Shown one piece after another: positions 27,523 to 37,337 of a DNA stretch of 64,000 bases. Position 1 is the first letter of the stretch, and each line of letters opens with the position of its first letter. The position numbers and the translations under genes were made by a program. Under the pieces are notes generated by a model, which did not search any database, was not told the DNA's origin, and was given only the letters and a program-made list of their open reading frames with translations. Origin of the DNA: Thermoanaerobaculia bacterium (GTDB lineage Bacteria; Acidobacteriota; Thermoanaerobaculia; Multivoradales; JAHEKO01); contig CAMYNM010000001.1 in NCBI GenBank assembly GCA_947259725.1, positions 136,190 through 200,189 on the forward strand, read 5' to 3'.

Positions 27523-28514
27523 CCGATCGTGTCCTTGACCGAGTACGAGTCGGTGCGATCGAAGTTCTTATAAGTGATCATCTCACCGAGCAGACCGGTG
27601 GTGAGAACCTGAATTCCGATCAACATCATGAGAACGCCGAGCAGCAGCAAGGGCCGGTTGGATAGATACTCGCTGTCGAGCCAGCGAACGAAGAGGTAGA
27701 AGTTGATGGCGAAACCGCCAAACAGCGAGAACAACCCTATGGCGCCGAACAGATGCAGCGGCCGGCGAGTGTATCTGGTGATGAAGAAAACCGTGATCAG
27801 ATCCAGCAGGCCTTTGTAGTAGCGGTCCCAGCCGTACTTGCTGACGCCGTGCTTGCGCGGATGATGCCGCACCACCAACTCGCCGACCCGAAAGCCTTTG
27901 CGGCTCGCCAGCACCGGAATGAACCGATGCAACTCGCCGTAAATCGCGATCTGGTCGAACACCTCTCGCCGATAGGCCTTGAAGCCGCAGTTGAAGTCGT
28001 GTAGGTCGAGGCTGCCCATGATTCGAGTCGCCCAGTTGAACAGCTTCGACGGATAGCGCTTCATAATCGGGTCGTGACGCTTCTTCTTCCACCCCGAAAC
28101 CAGCTCGAGGCCCTCCACCTCGAGCATGTCGAGAAATCGCGGAATCTCCTCGGGATCGTCCTGGAGGTCGCCGTCCATGGTGATCAGGATGTCGCCGCGG
28201 GAGACGTCGATTCCGGCACACAAGGCTGCCGCCTTGCCGAAGTTTCGGCGCAGCTGAACCAGCCGGACCCGGGGGTCTTCGCGATGGGCCTCACGCACGC
28301 GCTCGCTCGTCTGATCCGATGAGCCGTCGTCCACGAAGATGATCTCGAACTCCTTGCCGAGGCCATCCAGAACCCCGGCCGTCCTGGCAGCCAACGGCTG
28401 AATCGTTTCTTGTTCGTTGAGAACCGGCACCAGGACGCTGATGTCCAGGCGACCGCGGCCGGCGTCGAGGGCGGTCACGGTGTCATCCCGGTCGGCGGCG
28501 CGCTGCGGCTCCAT
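27519..28514 (-). CDS. glycosyltransferase family 2, polyprenol-phosphate sugar transferase-like (DPM1/ArnC-like), C-terminal 2 TM
   Basis: ISVLVPVLNE, FVDDGSSD and TMDGDLQDDP (DxD). Two C-terminal TM helices. Start overlaps the GT4 gene by 4 nt. Confidence 0.85.
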   Translation of the reverse strand: MEPQRAADRDDTVTALDAGRGRLDISVLVPVLNEQETIQPLAARTAGVLDGLGKEFEIIFVDDGSSDQTSERVREAHREDPRVRLVQLRRNFGKAAALCAGIDVSRGDILITMDGDLQDDPEEIPRFLDMLEVEGLELVSGWKKKRHDPIMKRYPSKLFNWATRIMGSLDLHDFNCGFKAYRREVFDQIAIYGELHRFIPVLASRKGFRVGELVVRHHPRKHGVSKYGWDRYYKGLLDLITVFFITRYTRRPLHLFGAIGLFSLFGGFAINFYLFVRWLDSEYLSNRPLLLLGVLMMLIGIQVLTTGLLGEMITYKNFDRTDSYSVKDTIG

Positions 28515-28537
28515 GATTTGCCAATGTTAGCAGGCAT

Positions 28538-29263
28538 TTAGGCCCGATCAGAGCCGCCCCGGTCCCGCGCAGCGAGACGGTCGCGAACCACTTGCATGTC
28601 CTCCCAAGTCGGCCGCTTCCAGGCCGCGTTTCGGAGCAGCGCCGCCGGATGGTACGTCGCCCGAACCGGTACGCCCTTGAAACTGTGCCACTGTCCGCGC
28701 AAACGCCCCAGCGGCGCCGTCGTGTCCAGCAGATTCTGGGCCGCGACCCGGCCCAGTGCCACGATCACCCGCGGCCGAATGAGCTCGACCTGCCGCTCGA
28801 GAAAGCCACGGCAGGCCGCAGCCTCGTCAGTTTGCGGGTCGCGGTTCCGGGGTGGACGGCACTTGACCACGTTGGCGATGTAGACGTCCTCCCGCTGCAA
28901 GTCGATCGCCTGAATGATCTTGGTCAAGAGCTCCCCGGCCGGCCCCACGAACGGCAGGCCCTGGCGATCCTCCTCGGCGCCCGGCCCCTCTCCGATGAAC
29001 AGAAGGTCGGCATCCGGGTTGCCCGAACCAAAGACCACCCTGTTTCGCCCCTTACTCAGCCGGCACTCGGTGCAGCTCCGGGCCTCCTTGCCGACCTCGG
29101 CCAGGGCCTTGGCGCGCTCCTCGGCATCCGCGGCAGGAGCCTTCCGAACCGACTCGCTGGAGACCGAGGAGGGAGCCTCGAGTACCCTGGCCGAAAGGTC
29201 CTCGTAGCCGAGGTCTCGGAGGTACTCCAGCGCGTCAGCGAGGGATCGAGATAACTTTTCCAA
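28538..29263 (-). CDS. uracil-DNA glycosylase, family 4
   Basis: [27 protein letters not shown] matches the family-4 UDG GE-PG...G-PF-G-AG-LL motif. C-terminal HPAALLRN. Confidence 0.85.
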   Translation of the reverse strand: MEKLSRSLADALEYLRDLGYEDLSARVLEAPSSVSSESVRKAPAADAEERAKALAEVGKEARSCTECRLSKGRNRVVFGSGNPDADLLFIGEGPGAEEDRQGLPFVGPAGELLTKIIQAIDLQREDVYIANVVKCRPPRNRDPQTDEAAACRGFLERQVELIRPRVIVALGRVAAQNLLDTTAPLGRLRGQWHSFKGVPVRATYHPAALLRNAAWKRPTWEDMQVVRDRLAARDRGGSDRA

Positions 29264-29340
29264 GCTGGCCTGGCGATCCTACAACTCGGCCCGAGCGAGA
29301 CCTGGCGGCCGAGGACGAGAACTTCGTTGCCGGTCCGCCC

Positions 29341-29574
29341 CTAAGCTTCGGGCGCTTCGGTCGCGACCTCGTCTTCCACCACCTCGGCCTCAGGAGCCGG
29401 GCCGTAGTCCCAGTCGACCACTCCGTCGCGGATCTCGCGCATCGCCAGACGCCCGGGCTTATTCAGCCCAGCTTCGACCTTGGGCTGCGCGCCGCGCATC
29501 ATTTGTTCGGCGCGAGACGCCGCAAGAAGAACGAAACGAAACTTGCTGTCAATGCGATCCGGAAACTTCAACAA
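29341..29574 (-). CDS. rpoZ: DNA-directed RNA polymerase subunit omega
   Basis: IDSKFRFVLLAASRAEQMMRGA resembles the RpoZ core (NRFELVLLAAKRARQL). Lies immediately downstream of gmk, the conserved gmk-rpoZ pair. Confidence 0.8.
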   Translation of the reverse strand: MLKFPDRIDSKFRFVLLAASRAEQMMRGAQPKVEAGLNKPGRLAMREIRDGVVDWDYGPAPEAEVVEDEVATEAPEA

Positions 29575-29589
29575 AATCTGTTCCTCCGT

Positions 29590-30243
29590 TCAGACGCCGC
29601 CCGAGTCGGCCCGGCTCAGCGCATCTCGAAAGTCGCGAAGAACCTCTGCGACTCTCTCGGTTTGCCGTTCTCGGCGGTGTCGAATTGCTATCAAGATTGC
29701 GCGCAGTGCTTCCTGCGCACGGGTCAGGTCATCGTTGATCATAACATAGCCGTACATCTCGTAACGCTCGATCGCGGAAAGAGATAGCGCCAAACGGCGG
29801 GCCAGTTGATCGGCAGTGTCCACACCTCGGTCACGAATCCGGCGCTCCAACTCCGCGTAGCTTGGCGGCAGGATCAGCACACTCTCCGCCTGCGGATAGC
29901 TCTCCAGCACCTGGGCGGCGCCTTGGACGTCGATATCGAGAATAACGTCCCTTCCTTCACCGAGGTGGGGCAAGACGGCTGCTTTCGAGGTGCCCTTCAA
30001 CTGGCCGTAGACATCCGCCCACTCCAGGAACTCGTCTTCGATCACCATCTGGCGAAAGACACCCTCGTCCACAAAGTGGTAGTCCCGGCCGTCGACCTCG
30101 CCGGGGCGCGGATCCCGAGTCGTATGGCTCACCGAGAACAGAAGTCCCTCCAACTCCGGGTCGCGGCCGACCAGGGCCCGCTGGATCAGCGTCGTCTTGC
30201 CGGCGCCCGACGGCGCCGAGACGATCAAGAGTGTTCCCGTCAC
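29590..30243 (-). CDS. gmk: guanylate kinase
   Basis: LLIVSAPSGAGKTTL (P-loop), SVSHTTRDPRPGEVDGRDYHFV. Confidence 0.9.
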   Translation of the reverse strand: MTGTLLIVSAPSGAGKTTLIQRALVGRDPELEGLLFSVSHTTRDPRPGEVDGRDYHFVDEGVFRQMVIEDEFLEWADVYGQLKGTSKAAVLPHLGEGRDVILDIDVQGAAQVLESYPQAESVLILPPSYAELERRIRDRGVDTADQLARRLALSLSAIERYEMYGYVMINDDLTRAQEALRAILIAIRHRRERQTERVAEVLRDFRDALSRADSGGV

Positions 30244-30249
30244 GTTCCC

Positions 30250-31131
30250 CTACTCTACGTTTTGCACCTGCTCCCGAAGCTGCTCACAGAGCACTTTGCC
30301 ATCGAGAACCAGCTGCGTGGCAGCCGAGCTACGGCTCTTGGAGCCGATCGTGTTGAGCTCGCGCAGGATCTCCTGCGCGAGAAAGTCGAGACGCTTGCCG
30401 ACCGCGCCATCCTCGGCGAGGAGCGTGCCGAAGTGCTCCACATGCAGCTTGAGTCGGTCGAGCTCCTCCTGGATGTCAGCCTTGTCGACCAGAAGGGCGG
30501 CCTCCTGTGCCAGACGATCGACGTCGAAGCCCGCCCCGCCGGTGAGCTCGGCCAGCCGAGCTTGCAGCCGCTCGAGAAGATCCTGCTGCAGCGGAGCGCG
30601 CAGATCCGTCAGCTTCGCGACGACCTCACCCAACCCCGCCACGGCTCGTCGCAGGACCTTGGTGAGCTCGGCGCCCTCTCTCGCTCGGGCCTCGAGCAGC
30701 CGTTCCAAGGCCGACTCGACCGCGGCGTCGAGGACTCCCCGATCCGCGTCCGAAAAGACGTTCTCGACGGCCTCCACCGACACCACCCCGGGCAACCGCA
30801 GCAGGGTTCCGGTCTCGAGCGTCTCGCTAGCACCCTGTTTCGCGCCCAGGTGCCTGGACGCCTCGAGGTAGCGAGCCGCCGCGGCCTCGTCGATCTTGAT
30901 TTCGAGCCCGCGAGTGGCCCGCGGACCGATCGACAGCCTCGCTTCGATTCTGCCTCGCTCGAGTCGCGCCCGGAGTTGCAGCACAATTCCCGGCTCGAGC
31001 GACCGGTGCTCCTCCGGCATGCGGACACTGATGTCCAGAAACCGATGATTCACGCTCCGCAAAGTCACCTTCGCCTCGTAGTTCTCGTTCTCGGCGGCGC
31101 CTTCGCCGAAGCCTGTCATGCTGAGTGGCAT
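30250..31131 (-). CDS. yicC: YicC-family stress-induced protein
   Basis: N-terminal MTGFG…SVNHRFLDISVRMP signature. Conserved position upstream of gmk. Confidence 0.8.
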   Translation of the reverse strand: MPLSMTGFGEGAAENENYEAKVTLRSVNHRFLDISVRMPEEHRSLEPGIVLQLRARLERGRIEARLSIGPRATRGLEIKIDEAAAARYLEASRHLGAKQGASETLETGTLLRLPGVVSVEAVENVFSDADRGVLDAAVESALERLLEARAREGAELTKVLRRAVAGLGEVVAKLTDLRAPLQQDLLERLQARLAELTGGAGFDVDRLAQEAALLVDKADIQEELDRLKLHVEHFGTLLAEDGAVGKRLDFLAQEILRELNTIGSKSRSSAATQLVLDGKVLCEQLREQVQNVE

Positions 31132-31137
31132 TCCGGG

Positions 31138-32973
31138 CTATTCCTGAAACTGCAGGTCGTAGAGCCGCTTGTAGATGCCCTCTCCGGCCAACAGCTCACG
31201 GTGCTTGCCTTCCTCGACGACACGGCCCGCGTCCAGAACGGCGATCCGGTCGGCGATCTGGACCGTCGCGAGTCGATGCGCGATCACCAGGGTGGTGCGC
31301 CCCTCCATGAGGTTCATGAGGGCCTTTTGGACCAGGGCCTCCGATTCCGCGTCTAGCTGCGACGTGGCTTCATCCAGAATCAAAATCGGAGCGTCCTTGT
31401 AAAGCGCTCTCGCGATCGCCAGCCTCTGCCGCTGGCCGCCCGAGAGGTGGAGGCCGGATTCTCCGATCACCGTGTCATAACCCTGCGGCAGCCGCATGAT
31501 GAACTCATCGGCGTAGGCCGCGGCGGCCGCCTCCCGAATCCTCTCCAAGGCCACGGTCTCCTGCCCGTAGGCGATGTTGTTGCGCACCGTATCGTTGAAG
31601 AGAACCGTATCCTGGGTCACCAGACCGATCAGTCGGCGGAGGCTCTCCAATGTGAAGTCTCGGATGTCGATCCCATCAATGCGCACGCACCCGGAGTCAG
31701 GGTCGAAGAAGCGCGGAAGAAGATTCACCAACGTGCTTTTCCCGGCGCCCGAAGGACCGACGAGGGCTACAACCTCGCCCTTGTGAATCCTGAGGCTCAC
31801 CTCCTTGAGCACGACCTGCTCGGTGTACGGGAAGGAAACACTCTCGAAGGCGATGTCGGCTTCGACATTGGGTATGACCTGCGCGTTGGGCCGGTCGGCG
31901 ATCTCGATCGGCAGATCAATCAACGATTTCACTCGGCGTACCGCGGCCAACGACTGCTGGATCACGAGATTGACCTTGTTCAGCTTGCGAATCGGTTCGT
32001 ACATCCAAACCAGGTTGAACAGAAAGCCGATGAAGCCGGAGGCAGACATCACCTCCGAGCGGATCTGCAAGCCCGCGTAGACCAGTAAACCGCTGAGGCC
32101 GACGACGCTCATGGTCTCGATCACCGGGCTGGAGAGGCTGTTCAGGACCGACGCCCACAGATTGACCCGCAGATGCCTTCGAGTGGCGCTCGCGAAGCGT
32201 CGGTACTCGAAATCCTCCATGCCGAATGCCTTCACCACGCGATGGCCCCGGGCACCCTCTCCCACCAGGTTGGCAAGATCCGCCATCCGCTCCTGGCTCT
32301 TGTAACTGGTCTTGCGCATTCCCTGCCCGAACCGCACGATCGGAAAGAGAACCGCGGGAATACCGAACGCGCAGACAAAGGCGAGGCTGGGATTGTTGAG
32401 AAACAGGAGCACCGTCAGCACGAGCAAGGTGAGCGACTGCTGCACAAGATCGACCGCTCGCGTCGAAACGGCGGTCTGCATCATCGCGATGTCGTTGACG
32501 ATTCGGCTGGTCAACTCGCCTGAAGGATGCCGGGCGTGAAAGCGGCTGCTCTGCTCGAGGATTCGCCGGTAGAGGCTATTGCGTATATCGGTGGTAACGC
32601 CGAGCCCGATGTGTTGAAACGAATACGAACTGATGAAGGCGACCAGGCTTCGAAACGTGAAGACCGCGATGACCAGCAGGGGCACGAAGAAGACCACCGA
32701 TTTCTCGGTGACACCCAGACGGTCCTTGACCTGCTGATAGAGCCTGGCAACCGTGGAGCGTACGGTGTTGCCTTTGTCCCCGGCGGCCGCGACCAGGCCG
32801 CTGGTCTGCTCGTGCTCCGCCGGATTGGTCTGCAGGACCTCTTCGAACACCGGCTCGATCAACACCACCAATGCTCCGGTGGCCACCGCGAATAGCCCAG
32901 CCGCGGCCACCGCGAACAGCACCCAAAGCCAGTAGCGCCTGAAGTAGCTGCCGAGGAAGCCCAGAACGCTCAT
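31138..32973 (-). CDS. msbA: ABC transporter permease/ATPase, MsbA-like lipid A exporter
   Basis: 6-TM N-terminus plus an NBD with GPSGAGKST (Walker A), LSGGQRQRLAIARAL (signature) and ILILDEATS (Walker B). Adjacent to lpxB. Confidence 0.85.
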   Translation of the reverse strand: MSVLGFLGSYFRRYWLWVLFAVAAAGLFAVATGALVVLIEPVFEEVLQTNPAEHEQTSGLVAAAGDKGNTVRSTVARLYQQVKDRLGVTEKSVVFFVPLLVIAVFTFRSLVAFISSYSFQHIGLGVTTDIRNSLYRRILEQSSRFHARHPSGELTSRIVNDIAMMQTAVSTRAVDLVQQSLTLLVLTVLLFLNNPSLAFVCAFGIPAVLFPIVRFGQGMRKTSYKSQERMADLANLVGEGARGHRVVKAFGMEDFEYRRFASATRRHLRVNLWASVLNSLSSPVIETMSVVGLSGLLVYAGLQIRSEVMSASGFIGFLFNLVWMYEPIRKLNKVNLVIQQSLAAVRRVKSLIDLPIEIADRPNAQVIPNVEADIAFESVSFPYTEQVVLKEVSLRIHKGEVVALVGPSGAGKSTLVNLLPRFFDPDSGCVRIDGIDIRDFTLESLRRLIGLVTQDTVLFNDTVRNNIAYGQETVALERIREAAAAAYADEFIMRLPQGYDTVIGESGLHLSGGQRQRLAIARALYKDAPILILDEATSQLDAESEALVQKALMNLMEGRTTLVIAHRLATVQIADRIAVLDAGRVVEEGKHRELLAGEGIYKRLYDLQFQE

Positions 32974-34109
32974 CGGGTCTCCCCTCGCAGCAATTCAAGA
33001 ACTTCGTCAGCGGCCCTGGCGGCGGCCCCCGGCTCACCCAGGGCGGCCCTCAGCCCAGAGAGATCCGCCCGCATAGCGTCACGGCGCTTCCGGTCGTTCA
33101 AAAGGCTCTGGGCCTCGTCCGCGATCTGATTCGCGTGAGCCCGTCCCTGAATGAGCTCTGGAACCGCGGGCGCTCCGAGCACCAGGTTGACCAGGCTGAT
33201 GTGGGGAACCCGAACGATCAGCCTCCCCAGCCAATAGCTGAACAGGCCTATGCGATACACGACGACCATAGGCGTTCTCAGCAATCCTACCTCTAAGGTG
33301 GCCGTGCCCGAAGCACAGAGCGCCAGGTGGGCGGAGGCGACCTCTCGGTAACGGTCCTTTTCGGCGATCTTTCGAACCGTGACCCCGCTCTTTGCGATCA
33401 GCCGATCGGCCTCACGGGGGTCCAGGGCCGCGGCCTGAACGAGCAGCACCTCCATCCCGGGCCGCCGCACCTGGAGCAGCCGAACCGCCTCCAGCAGCAC
33501 CGGCAGCAGACGCCGCACCTCGTTGCTCCGAGACCCAGGCAACAGGGCGATCCGAAAGGGGCCATCCGCCTCCGGGACGTGGTCCCAGGCCTGGTCCAGC
33601 TCCGGCACTTCGTCAACCAGGGGATGGCCCACGTGACAGACCGACACATGGCCGCGATAGAATTCGACCTCAAAGGGAAAGAAAACCAGCATCCGGTCGA
33701 TGCACCTTGCCATCGACTTGACCCTTCCCCTGCGCCATGCCCAGACCTGCGGGCTCACGTAGTAGACCACCGGAACGCCCATCTCCTTGAGCTTCGGAGC
33801 GAGGCGAAGGTTGAACTCCGGAAAATCGATCAGCACCGCGAGATCGGGAGGCTCGGACCTCACCCGGTCGAGGATCTGATCGAAGATCTCTTTCGCTCGC
33901 GAATAAACACGGAGCACTTCCGCGATCCCCATGACCGAAATCGCCGAGACGTCCGCAATCGGCTCGAGACCTCGAGCTCGCATGAGTTCCCCGCCGAGGC
34001 CGCAGACTTCGAGGTCGCCGCTCGAGCGGGCGCGAAGTTCTTGCAAGAGCCGGGCGCCGTGGAGGTCGCCCGAGGTCTCACCGGCGATCATCAGCAAACG
34101 CTTGGTCAT
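32970..34109 (-). CDS. lpxB: lipid-A-disaccharide synthase
   Basis: MIAGETSGDLHGARLL N-terminus typical of LpxB (GT19). 4-nt overlap with msbA. Confidence 0.85.
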   Translation of the reverse strand: MTKRLLMIAGETSGDLHGARLLQELRARSSGDLEVCGLGGELMRARGLEPIADVSAISVMGIAEVLRVYSRAKEIFDQILDRVRSEPPDLAVLIDFPEFNLRLAPKLKEMGVPVVYYVSPQVWAWRRGRVKSMARCIDRMLVFFPFEVEFYRGHVSVCHVGHPLVDEVPELDQAWDHVPEADGPFRIALLPGSRSNEVRRLLPVLLEAVRLLQVRRPGMEVLLVQAAALDPREADRLIAKSGVTVRKIAEKDRYREVASAHLALCASGTATLEVGLLRTPMVVVYRIGLFSYWLGRLIVRVPHISLVNLVLGAPAVPELIQGRAHANQIADEAQSLLNDRKRRDAMRADLSGLRAALGEPGAAARAADEVLELLRGETR

Positions 34110-34196
34110 GGCTTTGGTCAGCGAAAGACGGGTTCCGAGAGCCGGCAGCGCCCGCCCGGACTCGCTCCCGCGCCGGGACGCTCCGGCCCCGTTTTT

Positions 34197-34388
34197 CTAG
34201 GTTCCGGGCGGCCCCGACGGGAAGGGGTACATCAGCCACGCCAGGAGGATGCCGCCGCCCAGCAGGCCAACGAGAAGCTGAAGAAAAAGCCGTAGGCGGG
34301 CCTTCACCGAGCGCCGCCACAGAAACGCGAAAAACGTGCTCACGATCAGCGCGTACAGGGTCATCAGGAGTACGTGGTTTACCGGCAT
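34197..34388 (-). CDS. small hydrophobic protein (2 TM), hypothetical
   Basis: 63 aa, GC3-rich, no clear SD; possibly spurious. Confidence 0.35.
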   Translation of the reverse strand: MPVNHVLLMTLYALIVSTFFAFLWRRSVKARLRLFLQLLVGLLGGGILLAWLMYPFPSGPPGT

Positions 34389-34406
34389 GCTTATGGGAAG
34401 GAAGCC

Positions 34407-34811
34407 CTAGTCTTTCTGCCCCGACGCCATGTCCCAGCAGTCGATCACCAGGAGCAGGTTCATCAGCCCGGCCGTGAGAATGAAAGCGCTGCCGTACTCG
34501 TAGCCGGGCCCGGTCAGATCGCCGCTGTAGCCCAAAAGATAGCGGAAGCCGAAGTAGGGCAATCCCACTCCCATGGAGGCCAGGGTGGCCAGGACCGTGA
34601 GCGGCCGATCGGCTACGACCGTATAGAGGTTGCCGTCGAGACTCCACCCGATCAGAAACGAGGCGATGACCACAAGCGCAAAGACCAGAGCCCGCCGCCG
34701 CTTACCGAGGTAGAAATGACCCGCTCCGGGGACCGCCCAGGCCAGCAATAGCGTTCTAATGAGGTGACCGGTGGCCGCGGCCACCGGCACTTGTTGCGCT
34801 TGTTCCGACAC
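34407..34811 (-). CDS. TM2-like / DUF-type small membrane protein
   Basis: GAGHFYLGKRRRALVFALVV resembles the TM2 domain HRFYLGK motif. 3-4 TM helices. Confidence 0.5.
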   Translation of the reverse strand: MSEQAQQVPVAAATGHLIRTLLLAWAVPGAGHFYLGKRRRALVFALVVIASFLIGWSLDGNLYTVVADRPLTVLATLASMGVGLPYFGFRYLLGYSGDLTGPGYEYGSAFILTAGLMNLLLVIDCWDMASGQKD

Positions 34812-34854
34812 GAGAACGCTGATCGCTGTGTGAGGCTGGTCGCCTGGCGACCGT

Positions 34855-35151
34855 CTAGCCGTGAGTGTTCAGCAGCTCTTTCAGCTCTTTGCCAGGTTTG
34901 AAGTACGGGATTCGCTTGGAAGGTACGTCGACCCGGTCGCCGGTCTTCGGGTTCCTGCCGATTCGGGGCCCACGGTTTCGAATCCGGAAACTGCCGAATC
35001 CACGAAGCTCTATCTTGTCACCGTCCTTGAGCGAGGTAACGATGCTCTCGAAGACGGTGTTCACGATCAGCTCCGCGTGCTTCTTGGTGAGCTGCGTGGT
35101 CTTTGCAACCTCTTCAACCAATTCAGCCTTCGTCATTCCCTTCGTCGTCAC
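34855..35151 (-). CDS. ihfB: integration host factor beta / HU-family DNA-binding protein
   Basis: ELRGFGSFRIRNRGPRIGRNPKTGDRVDVP is the HU/IHF arm signature. Located downstream of rpsA as in the cmk-rpsA-ihfB arrangement. Confidence 0.8.
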   Translation of the reverse strand: MTTKGMTKAELVEEVAKTTQLTKKHAELIVNTVFESIVTSLKDGDKIELRGFGSFRIRNRGPRIGRNPKTGDRVDVPSKRIPYFKPGKELKELLNTHG

Positions 35152-35224
35152 CGTTGTCTCCCTTGTCAGTTCTCGATTCCGGCGCGAGTCGTACCCAAAC
35201 CGCCGGGCACTGCCACCGTCGAAC

Positions 35225-37153
35225 CTACTCCTCTTCCGACCGGTCGTCGTCTTCCGTCTCTTCCGCCGCGGGTTCCTCGGAAACCACGGCCTCTGGCTCT
35301 TCGCTGCCCGAGGCTTCAGCGGCGGCTTCGACGGGCTCCGCCTCGACCTCTGCTTCCGGCTCGGCTACGACATCGTCGGCAGTCCCGGAGTCGTCGGCCG
35401 CAGCGTCGTCCGCGGGTGCAGCCAGGGCCTCCGCAGCGGGCTCGTCGTCACCCGTCTCTGTGGCGCTCGACGACTCGTAGTCAGCCTGGAAGGCCGCTGC
35501 CTCCTCCTCGCTCGGCTGGTCGACGCCACGCATCGTGAGGCCGATCTTCTTGTCGTCCTCCTCGATTCGGAGGATGCGTGCCGAGACCCATTCGCCAACG
35601 CTGTAGAGCTCGACCAGAGAATCTCCCTCGAGATCGATCTCGCTGACGTGCGCCAGGCCCTCCAGACCATCGTGAATCTCGACGAAAAGGCCGAAATCGG
35701 TGACATTGACCACCCTTCCGGTGATCGTGTCGCCAACCTGGTGACTCGACGCGAAATCGTCCCACTCGTTGGGCATGAACTCTTTGATGGAGAGCGAGAC
35801 ACGCTGATTCTCGACGTCGATGCCGGTAATCCGGGCCTTGATCTTGTCGCCCTTGTTGAGCACCTCGCCGGGGTGTTTGACCCGCTTGGTCCAGCTCATG
35901 TCGGAAACGTGGATCAGGCCGTCGATCTCTTCGGTGATCTGGATGAAGGCGCCGAACTCGGTAAGATTGCGGACTTCGCCCTCTATGACGTGGCCTACAG
36001 GATGAGAGACGGCCAGCTCTTCCCAGGGATTCCTCTCGGCCTGGCGCAAGGAAAGACTGATGCGCCGCTGGTTGAGGTCGAGCTCGGAAACGATCGCCTC
36101 GATGTCGTCACCGACGTTGAGAATCTTGGACGGGTTGACCACTTTCTTGGTCCACGACATTTCGCTGACGTGGATGAGGCCCTCGACGCCCTCTTCGAGC
36201 TCGACGAAAGCCCCGTAGTCGACCAAGCTGACGACCTTGCCACGAACCCGGGAGCCGAGCGGGTACTTCTTCTCGACGACACTCCAAGGATCCTCGGTCC
36301 GCTGCTTGTAGCCGAGCGAGACGCGCTCCGAAGAGGGATCGAACTTGAGCACGACAACCGGAACCTCGTCGCCCACCGCGAAGTGCTCGGACGGGTGATT
36401 CACCCGGCCCCAGGAGATATCCGTGATGTGCAGCAGACCGTCGATACCCCCCAGGTCCACGAACACACCGTAGTCGGTGATGTTCTTGACCACGCCTTGC
36501 AGACGCGCTCCCTCTTCGAGGCGATCCAGCGTCTCGGCCTTCTTCTTGGCGAACTCCTTTTCCAGAACCGCCTTCCGGGACAGCACCACATTGTTGCGCC
36601 GCCGATCCATGCTGATGACCTTGAACTCGAGGTCCTCGCCACAGAGCGATTCGAGGTTCTTGATCGGCTTGATGTCCACCAGCGAGCCGGGCAGGAAGGC
36701 ACGGATGCCGATATCGACGGTCAACCCCCCCTTGATCCTTTCGAGCACGCGGCCCTGGATGATCTCGCTGGCGTTATAGCTGCGCTCGACGTCGGCCCAG
36801 ACCTTCATGCGCTCCGCCTTCCGCTTGGAAAGCAGCACGTGCCCCTCGCCGTCTTCTGCCTTTTCGAGCAGGACATCGATTTCCTGCCCCACTTCCACGT
36901 CGACCTTGCCGTCGCGTTTCTCGAACTCTGAAATGGCCACCAGTCCTTCGGACTTGTAGCCCACGTCGATGATGACGTGGTTGGATGTCGTTCCAATCAC
37001 CTTGCCGGTGACGATCTCGCCTTCGCTCAGGTGACGCATGCTGGCGTCATACAGCGCAACCATCTCGTCGTAGCTAATCTCGTCCTGAGTGTCGGCAACG
37101 GCTGGGACGTCGACCTCCGTGGACGTCTCGTGCCGCTCTTCCGTCGGGTTCAT
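35225..37153 (-). CDS. rpsA: 30S ribosomal protein S1 with long acidic C-terminal tail
   Basis: Six S1 domains (repeated …GKV….GAFV-L..GVEGLIH-SE…). C-terminal ~95 aa are Glu/Asp/Ala-rich. Confidence 0.9.
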   Translation of the reverse strand: MNPTEERHETSTEVDVPAVADTQDEISYDEMVALYDASMRHLSEGEIVTGKVIGTTSNHVIIDVGYKSEGLVAISEFEKRDGKVDVEVGQEIDVLLEKAEDGEGHVLLSKRKAERMKVWADVERSYNASEIIQGRVLERIKGGLTVDIGIRAFLPGSLVDIKPIKNLESLCGEDLEFKVISMDRRRNNVVLSRKAVLEKEFAKKKAETLDRLEEGARLQGVVKNITDYGVFVDLGGIDGLLHITDISWGRVNHPSEHFAVGDEVPVVVLKFDPSSERVSLGYKQRTEDPWSVVEKKYPLGSRVRGKVVSLVDYGAFVELEEGVEGLIHVSEMSWTKKVVNPSKILNVGDDIEAIVSELDLNQRRISLSLRQAERNPWEELAVSHPVGHVIEGEVRNLTEFGAFIQITEEIDGLIHVSDMSWTKRVKHPGEVLNKGDKIKARITGIDVENQRVSLSIKEFMPNEWDDFASSHQVGDTITGRVVNVTDFGLFVEIHDGLEGLAHVSEIDLEGDSLVELYSVGEWVSARILRIEEDDKKIGLTMRGVDQPSEEEAAAFQADYESSSATETGDDEPAAEALAAPADDAAADDSGTADDVVAEPEAEVEAEPVEAAAEASGSEEPEAVVSEEPAAEETEDDDRSEEE

Positions 37154-37337
37154 CTAACAAATACCTCCTAAGATTTTTTCGAGCCTTTGGCTCGTAGCCC
37201 GCCTGATCGGCGGGTGCCGAGTACCCCATAAGTATCTGGAAACTCGGAGTTTTGGAGTATAGACACCCCTTTTGAAGGGTGTCAAGAAACTGTTCCTCCG
37301 GGTCCGCTCGGTCCGGCCCGCGTCCGAGAGCATCGGC

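Noticed and set aside
34974-34987. GGTTTCGAATCCGG, a tRNA T-arm-like motif
   Set aside because: It lies inside the ihfB coding sequence with no acceptor or anticodon arm context. No tRNA, rRNA, CRISPR or transposase/integrase signatures were found anywhere in the window.
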